DNA of 64,000 nucleotides from Mytilus edulis (taxonomy: Eukaryota): the NCBI RefSeq assembly GCF_963676685.1, contig NC_092345.1, positions 30,070,001 to 30,134,000 of the forward strand, given 5' to 3'. Shown one piece after another: positions 1-13,700 of the stretch. The notes beneath the pieces were generated by a model. That model saw nothing but the letters and a program-made list of their open reading frames with translations, was not told the DNA's origin and did not search any database. The position numbers were made by a program, and so were the translations under genes. Each line of letters opens with the position of its first letter. The stretch's first letter is position 1.

Positions 1-224
1 AAACCGTGGGCTGTTAAATATTTTACATATAAACTTTAAAATTTTACTAGTAATTTATTTTATTAGAACTTTAATAATTAATGTTGTGATCACTTTCATT
101 TATTAAGTAATTCATGTGCGGCCAAAGTATGTTAAGAGCAAAATCACAAACGCAACGTTCTCGCTGCCCATATTCATTGTAACATGTGTGACATGTTGAA
201 ATTAGAGCTTGAATAGAAAGAATT

Positions 225-782
225 ATTCACACGAGTCATTATATCAGAGGGAGAGGTATCCATTGCCTCAAAAATGACAAAAATCTTTAATGCCCTAGAC
301 TCGTACGACTTAGCCAGGAAAGGATAAGGTTGGTACCTTTATATATCACAAAGTCGAAATGAACTATTGCCAGCTGCCCAAACCAAGACATTTTCCACAT
401 GGGTCATGACACAAGAGGTATATGTAGTAGTTGTATAATGACCCATAGTACTTATGTCCTAGACCCGTACGAGTTTGTCAGGAGGGGATAACAAGGGTTG
501 TGGTACTCCGATTCATCACGAAGTCGAAAAAAACTATTGCCGGATGGCCAAATTAAGAAATTCTCCACGTGGGTCATTATATCAGAGGAAGAAATAGGAA
601 TTGCCTCTAAAATGACCCATACTACTATACCCTAGACCGTACGACCTAGTCAGCAAAGAGAAAGATGGGCACCTTTATATATCTCGCAGTCGAATTGAAC
701 TATTGACGACTTGTCAAACTAAAAGATTCTCCTCTTGGACCATGATACAGAGGTTAAGGTACTAATTACCTTTAAAATGACC
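225..782. repeat. Degenerate copies of the same satellite in inverted orientation
   Basis: About 438-480 'atgacccatagtacttatgtcctagacccgtacgagtttgtca' is the reverse complement of the array motif; similar copies near 290 and 610-650. Confidence 0.85.
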
Positions 783-829
783 AGCAAGTAAAAGTATGTT
801 TGAATATTTTGATATACAAGAGTACTTCC

Positions 830-3800
830 CTTACCCTTTTCCTACCAATACGTACGGATCTATGATATACGATACATGGGCCTTTTTAGAGAAAACACCT
901 ACGCTAATCTTTTTGTTAGCCCACAAGGAGAAACTCTTAGTTTGGTCTTTGTGATATACAAGAGTACTTCCCTTTGCTGTTCAACAGGTACGGGTCTAGG
1001 ACATAAGAACCATGGGTAATTTTTGAGGCAACAATATTCCATACATCTGATATGTTTGACAACGCAATCAGGGTTAGTGCTATGGCCCATCTTAAAGGCA
1101 ATGGCTACCTCTACCTCTGCGAATATGGTCCACGTTTAGATTATCTTAGTCGGTCAGCTGGCAATATTTCATTTTGACTTCGTTGTACACCAGGATACTA
1201 TATCCCCCTTTAAACCGTCTGCTGACAAATTTACACAGGTCTAGGGCATGATTGTTATGGGCCATTTTAGAGGAAATGCCTACCTCTACCACTGGTATAA
1301 TGGCCCACGTGGAGAATCTCATAGTTTGGCCAGCCGGCAATAATTCAGATCGAATTCGTTGTATACCGTGACACCACATCCCCCCTATTAACCCTTTACT
1401 GACAAAATCGTACGGGTCTAGGGTATAAGTGTTATAGGCCATTTTAAAGGCAATAAGTACCTCTTCCTCCGGTATCATTGCCCACGTGGTGAATCTCTTC
1501 GTTTGGCCAGCCGGCAATAGTTCATTTTCGAATTTGTGATATACCAGGGTACCCCCCCCCCCCTTATCCTTTTCTGACTAACTCGTACGGGTCTAGGGCA
1601 TAAGTGCTATGGGCCATTTTAGAGGCAATACCAACCTCTACCTCTACCTCTGGTATAATGGTCGATGTGGAGAATCTCTTAGTTTGGCCAGCCAGCAATA
1701 GTTCAGTTCGAATTCGTTGTATCCGGGATACCATATCCCCCCTTTGAACCCTCTACTGACAAACTCGTACGGGTCTAGGGTATAAGTGCTATGGGCCATT
1801 TTAAAGGCAATAAGTACCTCTTCCTCTGGTATCATTGCCCACGTGGAGAATCTCTTCGTTTGGCCAGCCGGCAATAGTTCATTTTCGAATTTGTGATATA
1901 CCAGGGTACCCCCCTTATCCTTTTCTGACTAACTCATACGGGTCTAGGGCATAAGTGCTATGGGCCATTTAAGAGGCAATACCAACCTCTACCTCTGGTA
2001 TAATGGTCGATGTGGAGAATCTCTTAGTTTGGCCAGCCGGCAATAGTTCAGTTCGAATTCGTTGTATCCGGGATACCATATCCCCCCTTTTAACCCTCTA
2101 CTGACAAACTCGTACGGGTCTAGAGTATAAGTGCTATGGGCCATTTTAAAGGCAATAAGTACCTCTTCCTCTGGTATCATTGCCCACGTGGAGAATCTCT
2201 TCGTTTGGCCAGCCGGCAATAGTTCATTTTCGAATTTGTGATATACCAGGGTACCCCCCTTATCCTTTTCTGACTAACTCGTACGGGTCTAGGGCATAAG
2301 TGCTATGGGCCATTTAAGAGGCAATACCAACCTCTACCTCTGGTATAATGGTCGATGTGGAGAATCTCTTAGTTTGGCCAGCCGGCAATAGTTCAGTTCG
2401 AATTCGTTGTATCCGGGATACCATATCCCCCCTTTTAACCCTCTACTGACAAACTCGTACGGGTCTAGAGTATAAGTGCTATGGGCCATTTTAAAGGCAA
2501 TAAGTACCTCTTCCTCTGGTATCATTGCCCACGTGGAGAATCTCTTCGTTTGGCCAGCCGGCAATAGTTCATTTTCGAATTTGTGATATACCAGGGTACC
2601 CCCCTTATCCTTTTCTGACTAACTCGTACGGGTCTAGGGCATAAGTGCTATGGGCCATTTTAGAGGCAATACCAACCTCTACCTCTGGTATAATGGTCGA
2701 TGTGGAGAATCTCTTAGTTTGGCCAGCCGGCAATAGTTCAGTTCGAATTCGTTGTATCCGGGATACCATATCCCCCCTTTGAACCCTCTACTGACAAACT
2801 CGTACGGGTCTAGGGTATTAGTGCTATTGGCCATTTTAAAGGCAATAAGTATCTCTTCCTCTGGTATCATTGCCCACGTGGAGAATCTCTTCGTTTGGCC
2901 AGCCGGCAATAGTTCATTTTCGAATTTGTGATATACCAGGGTACCCCCCTTATCCTTTTCTGACTAACTCGTACGGGTCTAGGGCATAAGTGCTATGAGC
3001 CATTTTAGAGGCAATACCAACCTCTACCTCTGGTATAATGGTCGATGTGGAGAATCTCTTAGTTTGGCCAGCCGGCAATAGTTCAATTCGAATTCGTTGT
3101 ATCCGGGATACCATATCCCCCCTTTGAACCCTCTACTGACAAACTCGTACGGGTCTAGGGTATAAGTGCTATGGGCCATTTTAAAGGCAATAAGTACCTC
3201 TTCCTCTGGTATCATTGCTCACGTGGAGAATCTCTTCGTTTGGCCAGCCGGCAATAGTTCATTTTCGAATTTGTGATATACCAGGGTACCCCCCTTATCC
3301 TTTTCTGACTAACTCATACGGGTCTAGGGCATAAGTGCTATGGGCCATTTTAGAGGCAATACCAACCTCTACCTCTGGTATAATGGTCGATGTGGAGAAT
3401 CTCTTAGTTTGGCCAGCCGGCAATAGTTCAGTTCGAATTCGTTGTATCCGGGATACCATATTCCCCATTGAACCCTCTACTGACAAACTCGTACGGGTCT
3501 AGGGTATAAGTGCTATGGGCCGTTTTAAAGGCAATAAGTACCTTTTCCTCTGGTATCATTGCCCACGTGGAGAATCTCTTCGTTTGGCCAGCCGGCAATA
3601 GTTCATTTTCGAATTTGTGATATACCAGGGTACCCCCCTTATCCTTTTCTGACTATCTCGTACGGGTCTAGGGCATAAGTGCTATGCGCCATTTTAGAGG
3701 CAATACCAACCTCTACCTCTGGTATAATGGTCGATGTGGAGAATCTCTTAGTTTGGACCAGCCGGCAGTAGTTCAGTTCGAATTCGTTGTATCCGGGATA

Positions 3801-5340
3801 CCATATCCCCCCTTTGAACCTTCTACTGACAAACTCGTACGGGTCTAGGGTATAAGTGCTATGGGCCATTTCAAAGGCAATAAGTACCTCTTCCTCTGGT
3901 ATCATTGCCCACGTGGAGAATCTCTTCGTTTGGCCAGCCGGCAATAGTTCATTTTCGAATTTGTGATATACCAGGGTACCCCCCTTATCCTTTTCTGACT
4001 AACTCGTACGGGTCTAGGGCATAAGTGCTATGGGCCATTTTAGAGGCAATACCAACCTCTACCTCTGGTATAATGGTCGATGTGGAGAATCTCTTAGTTT
4101 GGCCAGCCGGCAATAGTTCAGTTCGAATTCGTTGTATCCGGGATACCATATTCCCCATTGAACCCTCTACTGACAAACTCGTACGGGTCTAGGGTATAAG
4201 TGCTCAGAGCCATTTTAAAGGCAATAAGTACCTCTTCCTCTGGTATCATTGCCCACGTGGAGAATCTCTTCGTTTGGCCAGCCGGCAATAGTTCATTTTC
4301 GAATTTGTGATATACCAGGGTACCCCCCTTATCCTTTCCAGACTAACTCGTACGGGTCTAGGGCATAAGTGCTCTGAGCCATTTTATAGACAATACCAAC
4401 CTCTACCTCTGGTATGATGGTCGATGTGGAGAATCTCTTAGTTTGGCCAGCCGGCAATAGTTCAGTTCGAATTCGTTGTAAACCGGAATACCATATCCCC
4501 CCTTTTAACCCTCTACTGACAAACTCGTACGGGTCTAGGGTACAAGTTCTAAGAGCCATTTTAAAGGCAATAAGTACCTCTTCCTCTGGTATCATTGCCC
4601 ACGTGGAGAATCTCTTCGTTTGGCCAGCCGGCAATAGTTCATTTTCGAATTTGTGATATACCAGGGTACCCCCCTTATCCTTTTCTGACTAACTCGTACG
4701 GGTCTAGGGCATAAGTGCTATGGGCCATTTTAGAGGCAATACCAACCTCTACCTCTGGTATAATGGTCGATGTGGAGAATCTCTTAGTTTGGGCCAGCCG
4801 GCAATAGTTCAGTTCGAATTCGTTGTATCCGGGATACCATATCCCCCCTTTGAACCCTCTACTGACAAACTCGTACGGGTCAAGGGTATAAGTGCTATGG
4901 GCCATTTTAAAGGCAATAAGTACCTCTTCCTCTGGTATCATTGCCTACGTGGAGAATCTCTTCGTTTGGCCAGCCGGCAATAGTTCATTTTAGAATTTGT
5001 GATATACCAGGGTACCCCCCTTATCCTTTCCAGACTAACTCGTACGTGTCTAGGGCATAAGTGCTCTGAGCCATTTTATAGGCAATACCAACCTCTACCT
5101 CTGGTATGATGGTCGATGTGGAGAATCTCTTAGTTTGGCCAGCCGGCAATAGTTCAGTTCGAATTCGTTGTAAACCGGAATACCATATCCCCCTTTTAAC
5201 CCTCTACTGACAAACTCGTACGGGTCTAGGGTACAAGTGCTAAGAGCCATTTTAAAGGCAATAAGTACCTCTTCCTCTGGTATTATTGCCCACGTGGAGA
5301 ATCTCTTCGTTTGGCCAGCCGGCAATAGTTCATTTTTGAA
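830..5340. repeat. Tandem satellite array with a 345-bp unit made of two diverged subunits (~169 + ~176 bp); about 12 dimers
   Basis: Near-identical ORF-track translations recur at 1989, 2334, 2679 and 3024 (345-bp period). The motif 'aactcgtacgggtctagggYataagtgctatgggccatttt' occurs twice per unit. Units are degenerate at 830-1500 and homogeneous at 1500-5340. Confidence 0.95.
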
Positions 5341-6381
5341 CTTTTGTAGGATTTCATCATCCCCTTGAGAAGTTATCTCCCTTATATTGATTTTTTTCAA
5401 CATGGCCCCCCCTTGTTGTTTTTAAAGATATCATGACTTTATTTGGACAATAGGCAGATCTAATCATGATGTATTACCATATGAGGCTGCAAAGGATTTC
5501 ATCATCCCCTATGAGAGTTATATCCCCTTGAAACAATTTCTTTCCTTTGCATTTTTCTCTTTTAAAGGCAATGATATAAATTGTTAATGTTAGATTAATG
5601 ACTGAGATTGGTCTCCGTAATTTTGAAGAATTATATGTCATTGAAATAGTACTTGACAGTTTTTATTTTTCTGTTGTTTTTATTTCTGCAATTAACTATG
5701 TTTCTATTTTTTCTGATCTGTTTAAATAGAAAATACTGTCTGTATTGTATGTTTTAGTTTCATGATTGGACTATATTTGTAGACAACGAACAACGAACAA
5801 ATTATGGAATGCCCATATGACCATCAATTCTCTGTAATTCCTAAATTTCTATACTAGTATTCAATCATTTTTTTTATTTATTGTAGCTTACATTAATTCA
5901 ATAATCACAAAATTTTAATAAGAACTGTTCTTTACTTTATTTGTTTGTTGTAATGTCCCATTAAATTTCTATATTTAATTATATTTATTTCAACTTGTTA
6001 TTGCTTGAGTTTACATTATTTCTCTTATCACAGAATGTTAAAAGACCATTACTTTGTTTTATATTTATGGAAGCATTTGCATTGTTTTTATTACATTTAC
6101 AATGTTATTTAAAGACGCAGACCTAGAAGTCCTTGAAGAAGACCAAAAGTTAATTTAGTAAACGCGGACCTCGAAGAAGACACCCATTGACATGCCTGTT
6201 TGAAGTAATATCACTTATAAATAGGAACGTTATTTAATCATAGTTATCGTTCATAGTTTCTAACAACACTTCTTCGAACGCAAGTCATCTCATGAATATT
6301 ATTGCCGGCTCATGAATATTATTGAAGGCTGGCCTCATGAATATTAACGCCGGCTGCTATCGACGGCTAGATCCACACTAG
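5341..6381 (+). mobile_element. Probable 3' arm of a non-autonomous Helitron-like element adjoining the satellite
   Basis: Ends in an imperfect GC hairpin (gccggc..gacggc, ~6349-6367) followed by CTAG|T at 6378-6382; three 'ctcatgaatatta' repeats just upstream. Confidence 0.45.
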
Positions 6382-7731
6382 TGATTTTTGCCTTTCAAAA
6401 GTTTCGACGAGAGATATTTTACGGCTATGTAATTCTGCATTTAAAAAATTATATATGACGACAAAAAATCTTATCAACTTTTCAATTATCAAATGATTAA
6501 AAATATATGAGAAAAAAATCTCTGGGTCATTTCAGTGCTGCTTCCCTGACTCAAAGCAATTAAATTTTGAAGAAAAAGCCATTTTTAATTTTGACCCTTG
6601 AATTCGAAAAGTTATATAAATATAAAAACTAACATTTTCAATAAACATATCATTCTATATGCTGTGCTAAGTTTTCTTTATTACCAAGCCACATACATGA
6701 CAACAAAAATACCAAACTCAGAGGACAATTCTAAACGGAAAGCTCAACAGCCCAAACAGTTCAAACGAATGGATAACAACTGACATATTCTTTACATGGT
6801 ACAGACATTTTCTTAATATGTGAATCGTACTTTAAATATAGAAGACAAATTGTTTACTTAGTTTGATAATACGTTTATTTCTAGTAATCTTCTTACTATT
6901 TTTGATGGTAACATATTAAAATAGCGTCTCAAGAGTTTGTTATAAGTGATAACCGACACTGATGTTTATACAGACTTCAATAACTAAGAATAGATATTTA
7001 AAAGTATTAAATATAGGTACAAACTTTAAAAGTGTCATACTTACCCTGCATTGAAAACGGAAGAAAGACAGACAAGAGAAGGTATTTCACACAACAGCAA
7101 CATAATAGGTAACGTACACGATATCTCCAGATTTAACACACCATAATATTTTAAAAGAAAACACATGTACCAAGTCAGCAATATTACAGTTGTTTCCATA
7201 CGTTCCGTTTGTTCATAAAATCTGACGTTTGATTTTTGTCGGTTTTTTTTTTTTTTTTTTTTTTTTTTATGAACTTCCCCTTTTTTCGAATATACCTTGG
7301 AGTTCGGTATTTTTGTTATTATACTTTTTTCCATTCAACAATATTTAAACCTGTATTTGTGATACTGAATAATTAATTTTATTTAGAATGGGTAAATGCA
7401 AATTATAGATTTAAGTTTATCAATATCTCATGTTAAAAATTGTATATACAGCGCACGTTTAATTTTTTTTTTTTGGAGCACCCAATCGTAGCTTTTGATA
7501 GCCTGGGATTTGACCATGATTTTTTAGTTTTTAGTATACGGATATGGATAATAAAATACCCGTTGCTAGAAAAAAAAAGAAATCTTGATGCCAAAATTAA
7601 TTGGGTTAATAATTGAATACAAATAGATAGAAATGAGAAATAAAAAAATAAAAAAACAGACTTTTTTTTGCATCTGAGTGGCTACTACCTCATCACTCAC
7701 CTATATTTCGTTATTTGCAGATTATTGAAAA

Positions 7732-10700
7732 ATGAAAGTGGCTATAATTGGTGCTGGAGCCAGTGGAATAACTGCCATCAAATGCTGTTTAGACGAAGGA
7801 TTACAACCAGCATGCTACGAACGAACACATGATATTGGTTGGTTTTACATATTATCTAATCTAAATTAAAACACTTACAAGAAACAACTGTTCATATAAA
7901 GAATAAAATTGAGAAAGAAACATGTATACGTATTGCTGGCTAGGATGAAAAATTTTGTCCTGCCTTTTTTTTAAATTTCATTCTTATAAAATAAAATAAA
8001 ACAAAATGTATCAACTGGTGTTATAGGTGGTCTTTGGCGCTATACGGATGAGGTCTCAGAAGGTCAGGCATGCGTAATGAGGTCAACAATCATCAACACC
8101 AGTAAAGAAACGATGTGTTTCAGTGATTTCCCAATACCAGCGGAATACCCAATCTATATGCATCATTCTTATGTTCAGAAATATTTCAATTTGTATGTCG
8201 ACAAATTTGAATTGAGGAAACATATTTGCTTCAGGCACGAGGTGAGAACTTTTTGAATGTCAGTTTGTTCAATTCATAAAGGAACTTGGTATATATCGCT
8301 AGTGTTACGCTTCAGAGATACCTCTTTATGTCCCACGGTCTCCACCTAAGGGCAATTATATTTTTTGGTCTGTGCGTCCGTTCGTCCGTCCGTCCGTCTG
8401 TACGTGCGTCATTAATTCAGCTGTCGAAATTAGTCTTAAAAAATGCATGTCGTTATAAACTATGCAAACATTGATAATAAGATGATTAGCTGCAAAACTT
8501 CAATCATATAACATTCAATCTGATCGATGGAGAAATACAGTAACTATTACATTAAAACAAATCTTTAGAGTTCCCATTATCTATATTTCAATGTCAGTTC
8601 GACAAACTAGGATCCAAAATTACCGATTTAGATAAATCCAAGCGTAAGTGTGAAATTGATAAAGATAGAGGCGATTGATACTGGTGCCAACGTGACATTA
8701 ACTCTTATAAGTCGAAATAAACTGACAACGCCATGACATAAAAGTTAAAACTAACAAAATACAAACAACAGTATGAAACACAGCTGCATTGAACGCTACA
8801 GACTAAACAACACGAACCCCACCAATTACCGGAGGTGATCTCAGGTTAAAGAATTCGGCACATATGCATAAAACCACTTATGTAAAAATAATCCAATCGT
8901 AGTATTAATTTATCGTTGAACATGCAGAAAAATTCGTTCATTCAGAATTAAGAACAATTCTTACCTTAAGTAGATTTACGCATACGGACCTCGACCCTTT
9001 CATTAGTTTTCAAACAGCATAGTCTATCGATACAATTGCAATTCATCAACAGTTGACTGTCCCTCTGGTATCTTTTACCCTTCTTCTTTAATATTTTCAA
9101 ATTCCTTTATTTTAAATGATGTTTTTGTGTTTTGAGATTAAATCAGTTAAACCAGCAGATGATTTTGAAATAAGCGGCCAATGGGAACTGAAAGTCAAAG
9201 ATTTAGCTAAAGATGAGGAACAAAGTATAACATACGATGCCATAATGATATGTACTGGACACCATGCTGAGAAAAACATGCCAGATTTTCCTGGAATGCA
9301 CAATTTCAAGGGAAAAGTTCTTCATAGCCATGACTACAGGCATACTGCTGGATACGAAGACAAGAGGGTCGTTGTCGTTGGTATTGGTAATTCTGGTGGC
9401 GATGCAGCCGTGGAACTTAGCAGAGTGGCATCACAGGTAACGTTAATCTTTTGATAAACTTGAAAGTTTTGTTGACTGATACTTGTAAGCAATGAATTTG
9501 CTTTTTCAAATAGTGGTAGACTGAAAAAAAAACAAAAAAAAACCCGAACAATTCTCTCACACAATGTCATGTAAGTGCTGTAAAATAAAATTTATCAAAG
9601 GAAAAACTTTTAAAAAGAACAAAAATACTCACAACAATAACCAACAAAAGAGAATGTCACGAACTATGCATTTCTCCATGAATTTGACAGTACATCATCT
9701 CCTTATACATATTTAACCCATGGGGTAAAATTAAGCAAGACAAGAAACATCTTTTTATCTGTTTGTTCCATTTATTGCGTATGTTATATAGAAACAATGG
9801 ATAAGCGTTGATTCTTGAAAAAGAAACCGTGAGCCCGGATAATAGTTTAATTCTATTGTCACAATTGTTTTAGTCTTGAAATTTGATTTATTTCCATTTC
9901 TCTGATCTATAGTTATTTGCTATTTGTCTATCTGCTGGGGAAATTTATTCTTGAACTTTTTAATCTTAGTCCTGTTTAAATTCTTTTTAGACATACTTGA
10001 GCACAAGATCCGGAAGCTGGGTATACAATCGAATATCAGATAGAGGTTTACCATTGGATATGCTTTATGCACGCCGGATAACGTTTGCACTAAAAAATAT
10101 GATTGGTGGACCTTTAGTTGAACGATTAGCTCAAAAGAAACTGGAACAAAGATTTGATCATTCGATGTATGGCTTAAAACCAAAACATGGGATACTTGCT
10201 CAACATCCAATGGTCAATGACGAACTACCAAATAGACTTGCTAGTGGTACGCTTAAACTTAAACCAAATATAAAACATTTTACAGAGAGTGGCGTTGCAT
10301 TTGAAGACGGAACAACAGAGAACGATATTGATGTTGTAATGTTTGCTACTGGATATGTGTTTGGGTTTCCTTTCTTAGATGAATCTGTTATAAAAGTAGT
10401 AGAAAATAAAGTAGAATTATATAAATATATATTTCCGCCGAATCTAAAGAGACAGACTTTGTGCATTATTGGTTGTGTTCAGGCACTGGGCGCCTTAATG
10501 CCAGTGAGTGAAATGCAAAGTCGTTTGGCAACAAGAGTATTCAAGGTAAATTAAATGTAAATCTAATTCAGGCAAGTATTCAAAACCCTTCAAATACATT
10601 TGTTTACGACTCAATAATGTATTATCGACAAAAAAATGTTTCAGTCGGTGATTGTTGATCGAAACTTGGCTGCTTATTAACTCACTGATTTTGACCTAAG

Positions 10701-13700
10701 ATTACAGATTGTCATCGGGATAAACGATCAACACAAAAACAAGGAATTCATGTATACACATGGAAAAAAGTATTGCAACACCAAATTGAAATTGAAATTA
10801 AAAAAACACTTTTCATTTTTTTGGGATATAATTTGGTAAAATAGAACTAGTTAAACATTATTTAAGTATCACCTGAGTTTAATAAAAAAAATATCGACTC
10901 GATAATTTTTTATCTGCACATGCAGCTACTCTACCCGTAAACAGCAAAACAGTTGTTTTTATCCTCATTGTTTTCAACCCTTTAAATAACCAAATTTTTA
11001 AAGTTATGTAATTGACATCTTATAATGGGTCCTGGACAACTCTTAACTGCAGCAAGATGGCAGATTATCAGCATAAGGGAAGCAGGGATGTCGCTGTAAA
11101 AACTGCACGTTTTGTTGGTCATCACCATTTCTCTATAAGTCGTTTTGAGAATAAATCAGGCAATAAATGCTGTAAAAGACATTCCGAGATAATGAAGACC
11201 CCCTATACCATTTGCTAAGAAAAATCAAGCATAATGAAGGTTGGTCAGAAGGAAACCCATTGCATACAAGACAATCATAAAAAGAGAGTGGTGGCCATAC
11301 AGGAGCCTTTTAACAAGAACTGTTCGAGATCGACTCATCGCTACTGGTTATCGTGCGATAAGACCATTTCGGAGACCTTTGCTAACGAACAGACACACAG
11401 TTTTCCGTATCCAATGTTGTGCAGAGTTCGCCAAAGTTGGAAATTAGCATCGTGGAGGAAGATCCAATGTTCAAATGGAATTCGGTTCATCTTCCTTGGC
11501 ACGATCGTAGCCCGGATTTCAACCATATCGAGCATATTTGGGACACTATTGGGCGGAAAGTGCGCGAAAGGACACCCCAGTTCAAACCAATCATGAAATA
11601 AACAATGCCCGTCATCAGAAATGGTTGCTGCTACCTTAGCAACAAATTAGTCGATTTATGGCAGGAATCAGAAGACGTTTAGATGCGGTTATCCGTTTGG
11701 ATAGAGGCTGCGCACAAAGTACTAATTCTTTGGCGTATAACCATCAACCATGATGTGAACAGTCATCTAAGGATTAATTTTGAAATGTCTGACATTGTAA
11801 TGTTCGACTACAGTAGAAGTTGTAAAATGCATTTTTTTGTACAAAAAACACTCCATTTTGGTATTAAAATTGTGGTTATATAAATCATTTTTTTTTTCAA
11901 ACATTTTTTGTTCGTGCCAATGTTATCATAAACTATGTTTCAATAATATTATACACATATTTTATTATATTTCATCCAAAAAAAGAGGCTGATTTTTCAA
12001 GTTTTAAAAAATCAAGGTGTTGCAATACTTTTTTCCATGTGTATATAATAATTGACAGGATAGAACAATGATTATTTTTTTTTATTGTCCTAGATCATTT
12101 TCGTAGATTACAATTATCACTTTTCGTTTATTCAGGAAAATTTGTGGATATATTTTCTAGAGAGTTTGGATAATGACTGTTCAAGAAAATAGAAAAGTTA
12201 TATTTCAGTAAATATTTAATTTCATGGTTTACCTACACCCATGACATCTATGAAATGAGTACCATACGAAGATTTAATGTATCCACAGTATTTTGAGATG
12301 ACGAAATGTATATTGTTGATATACAATACTAAAAATATTCATATTAAAGCAACTATTGTGTAAATAAATTCATCATAGATACCAGGACTAAATTTTGTAT
12401 ATACGCCAGACGCGCGTTTCGTCTACAAAAGACTCATCAGTGACGCTCGAATCCAAAAAAGTTAAAAAAGCCAAATAAAGTACGAAGTTGAAGAGAATTG
12501 AGTACCAAAATTCCTAAAGTTTTATAACGGTACTTTAAAGTTAACCGGATGCTACTGGAGTTCTAATATATTTATCATATCAAACCTCTAGGGAGACGTT
12601 TTGCTTCCACCAAAAGAAGAAATGTGGAAAGATATACATGAAAACATTGAAGCAATGAGAAAGAGATACATTGCTGGAACGCGTCATACAATCCAAGTTG
12701 AATGGCTAGAATATATGGATGGATTAGCAACTCTTATTAAATGCATACCAGACCTATGTAAGTATTAATAAAGTGATTCATTCTCTTCGTCTTTCAATCT
12801 CACTCTTTCCAACTCATCCATTTCAACTTTTCATCGCCCCTCATTCACACACTCTTTTAATCTCACTTTTCTACTCTCGCTCTCTCTTCTACCCTTGCTC
12901 TTTGTCCTTTTCTCCTCTCACTCTTTCCCCCATTCTTCTCTATCTTAATATGACTCCATCGCTCGCTTCCTCTCTCTGTCTCCATCTCACACTCACTCAC
13001 TGCTCACTCTTTCCCCTCTCTCACTACTAACTCTGTCTCTGTCCCTCTCCCTCGCACTCCTCACTATGTCCCTCTCTTTCACTATCGCACTACCCTCTCT
13101 GTCCCACTCTCTCTCACTCTCACTGCTCATTCTGTCTCTCTTTCTCACTCGCACTCTCACTCTCACCCTCACTCGCACCCTCTTCCTCTCTCTCCCTTTC
13201 AATTACTCTCAATGCTCACTCTGTCCCTCTCGTTGCTCTCTCTGTCCCGCTGCACTCTCTCTGATGTGCTACTTTCTGTCGCTGTGTCTCTCTCTTTCTC
13301 TGTCCTCTCTTACTCTCACTTTCTCGCTGCTCTCTCTGTAAGGGTAAGAGCAGAAAGGTTAGAGAGAGAAAGACAGAGTAAGTGATAGAGGGAGAGTAAA
13401 AAAAAGAATGTGATAAGATAGAAAAAATTAAAGATAGCGAAAAATGAGAGAGAATAGGAAATGAGTGTGAGATATAAAGAAAGAGAGAGAGAGGGGGATT
13501 AGAACGACATATAAGGAGAAACAACTAGAGTCTAAGAATAAGACCTAGAGAGAAAGAAAAACAAACGAGCGAGAAAGAGAAAAGGTGATTTTTAGAGTAA
13601 AATCACTTGTAAAAGATCCTTTCCAAGTTAAAATCTTTAAGGCTGCATTAGCAAGAAAGAAATTACACTCGTGGTATAGTGCATGGCTACGGCAGCATAG

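Noticed and set aside
899-5403. Repeated 63-123 aa ORFs (MPAGQTKRFSTWAMIPEEE..)
   Set aside because: Translations of the satellite unit, mostly with non-ATG starts, variable frameshifts and no recognisable domain.
12773-13524. Leu/Ser-rich and Arg/Glu-rich ORFs
   Set aside because: Translations of CT/GA low-complexity sequence.
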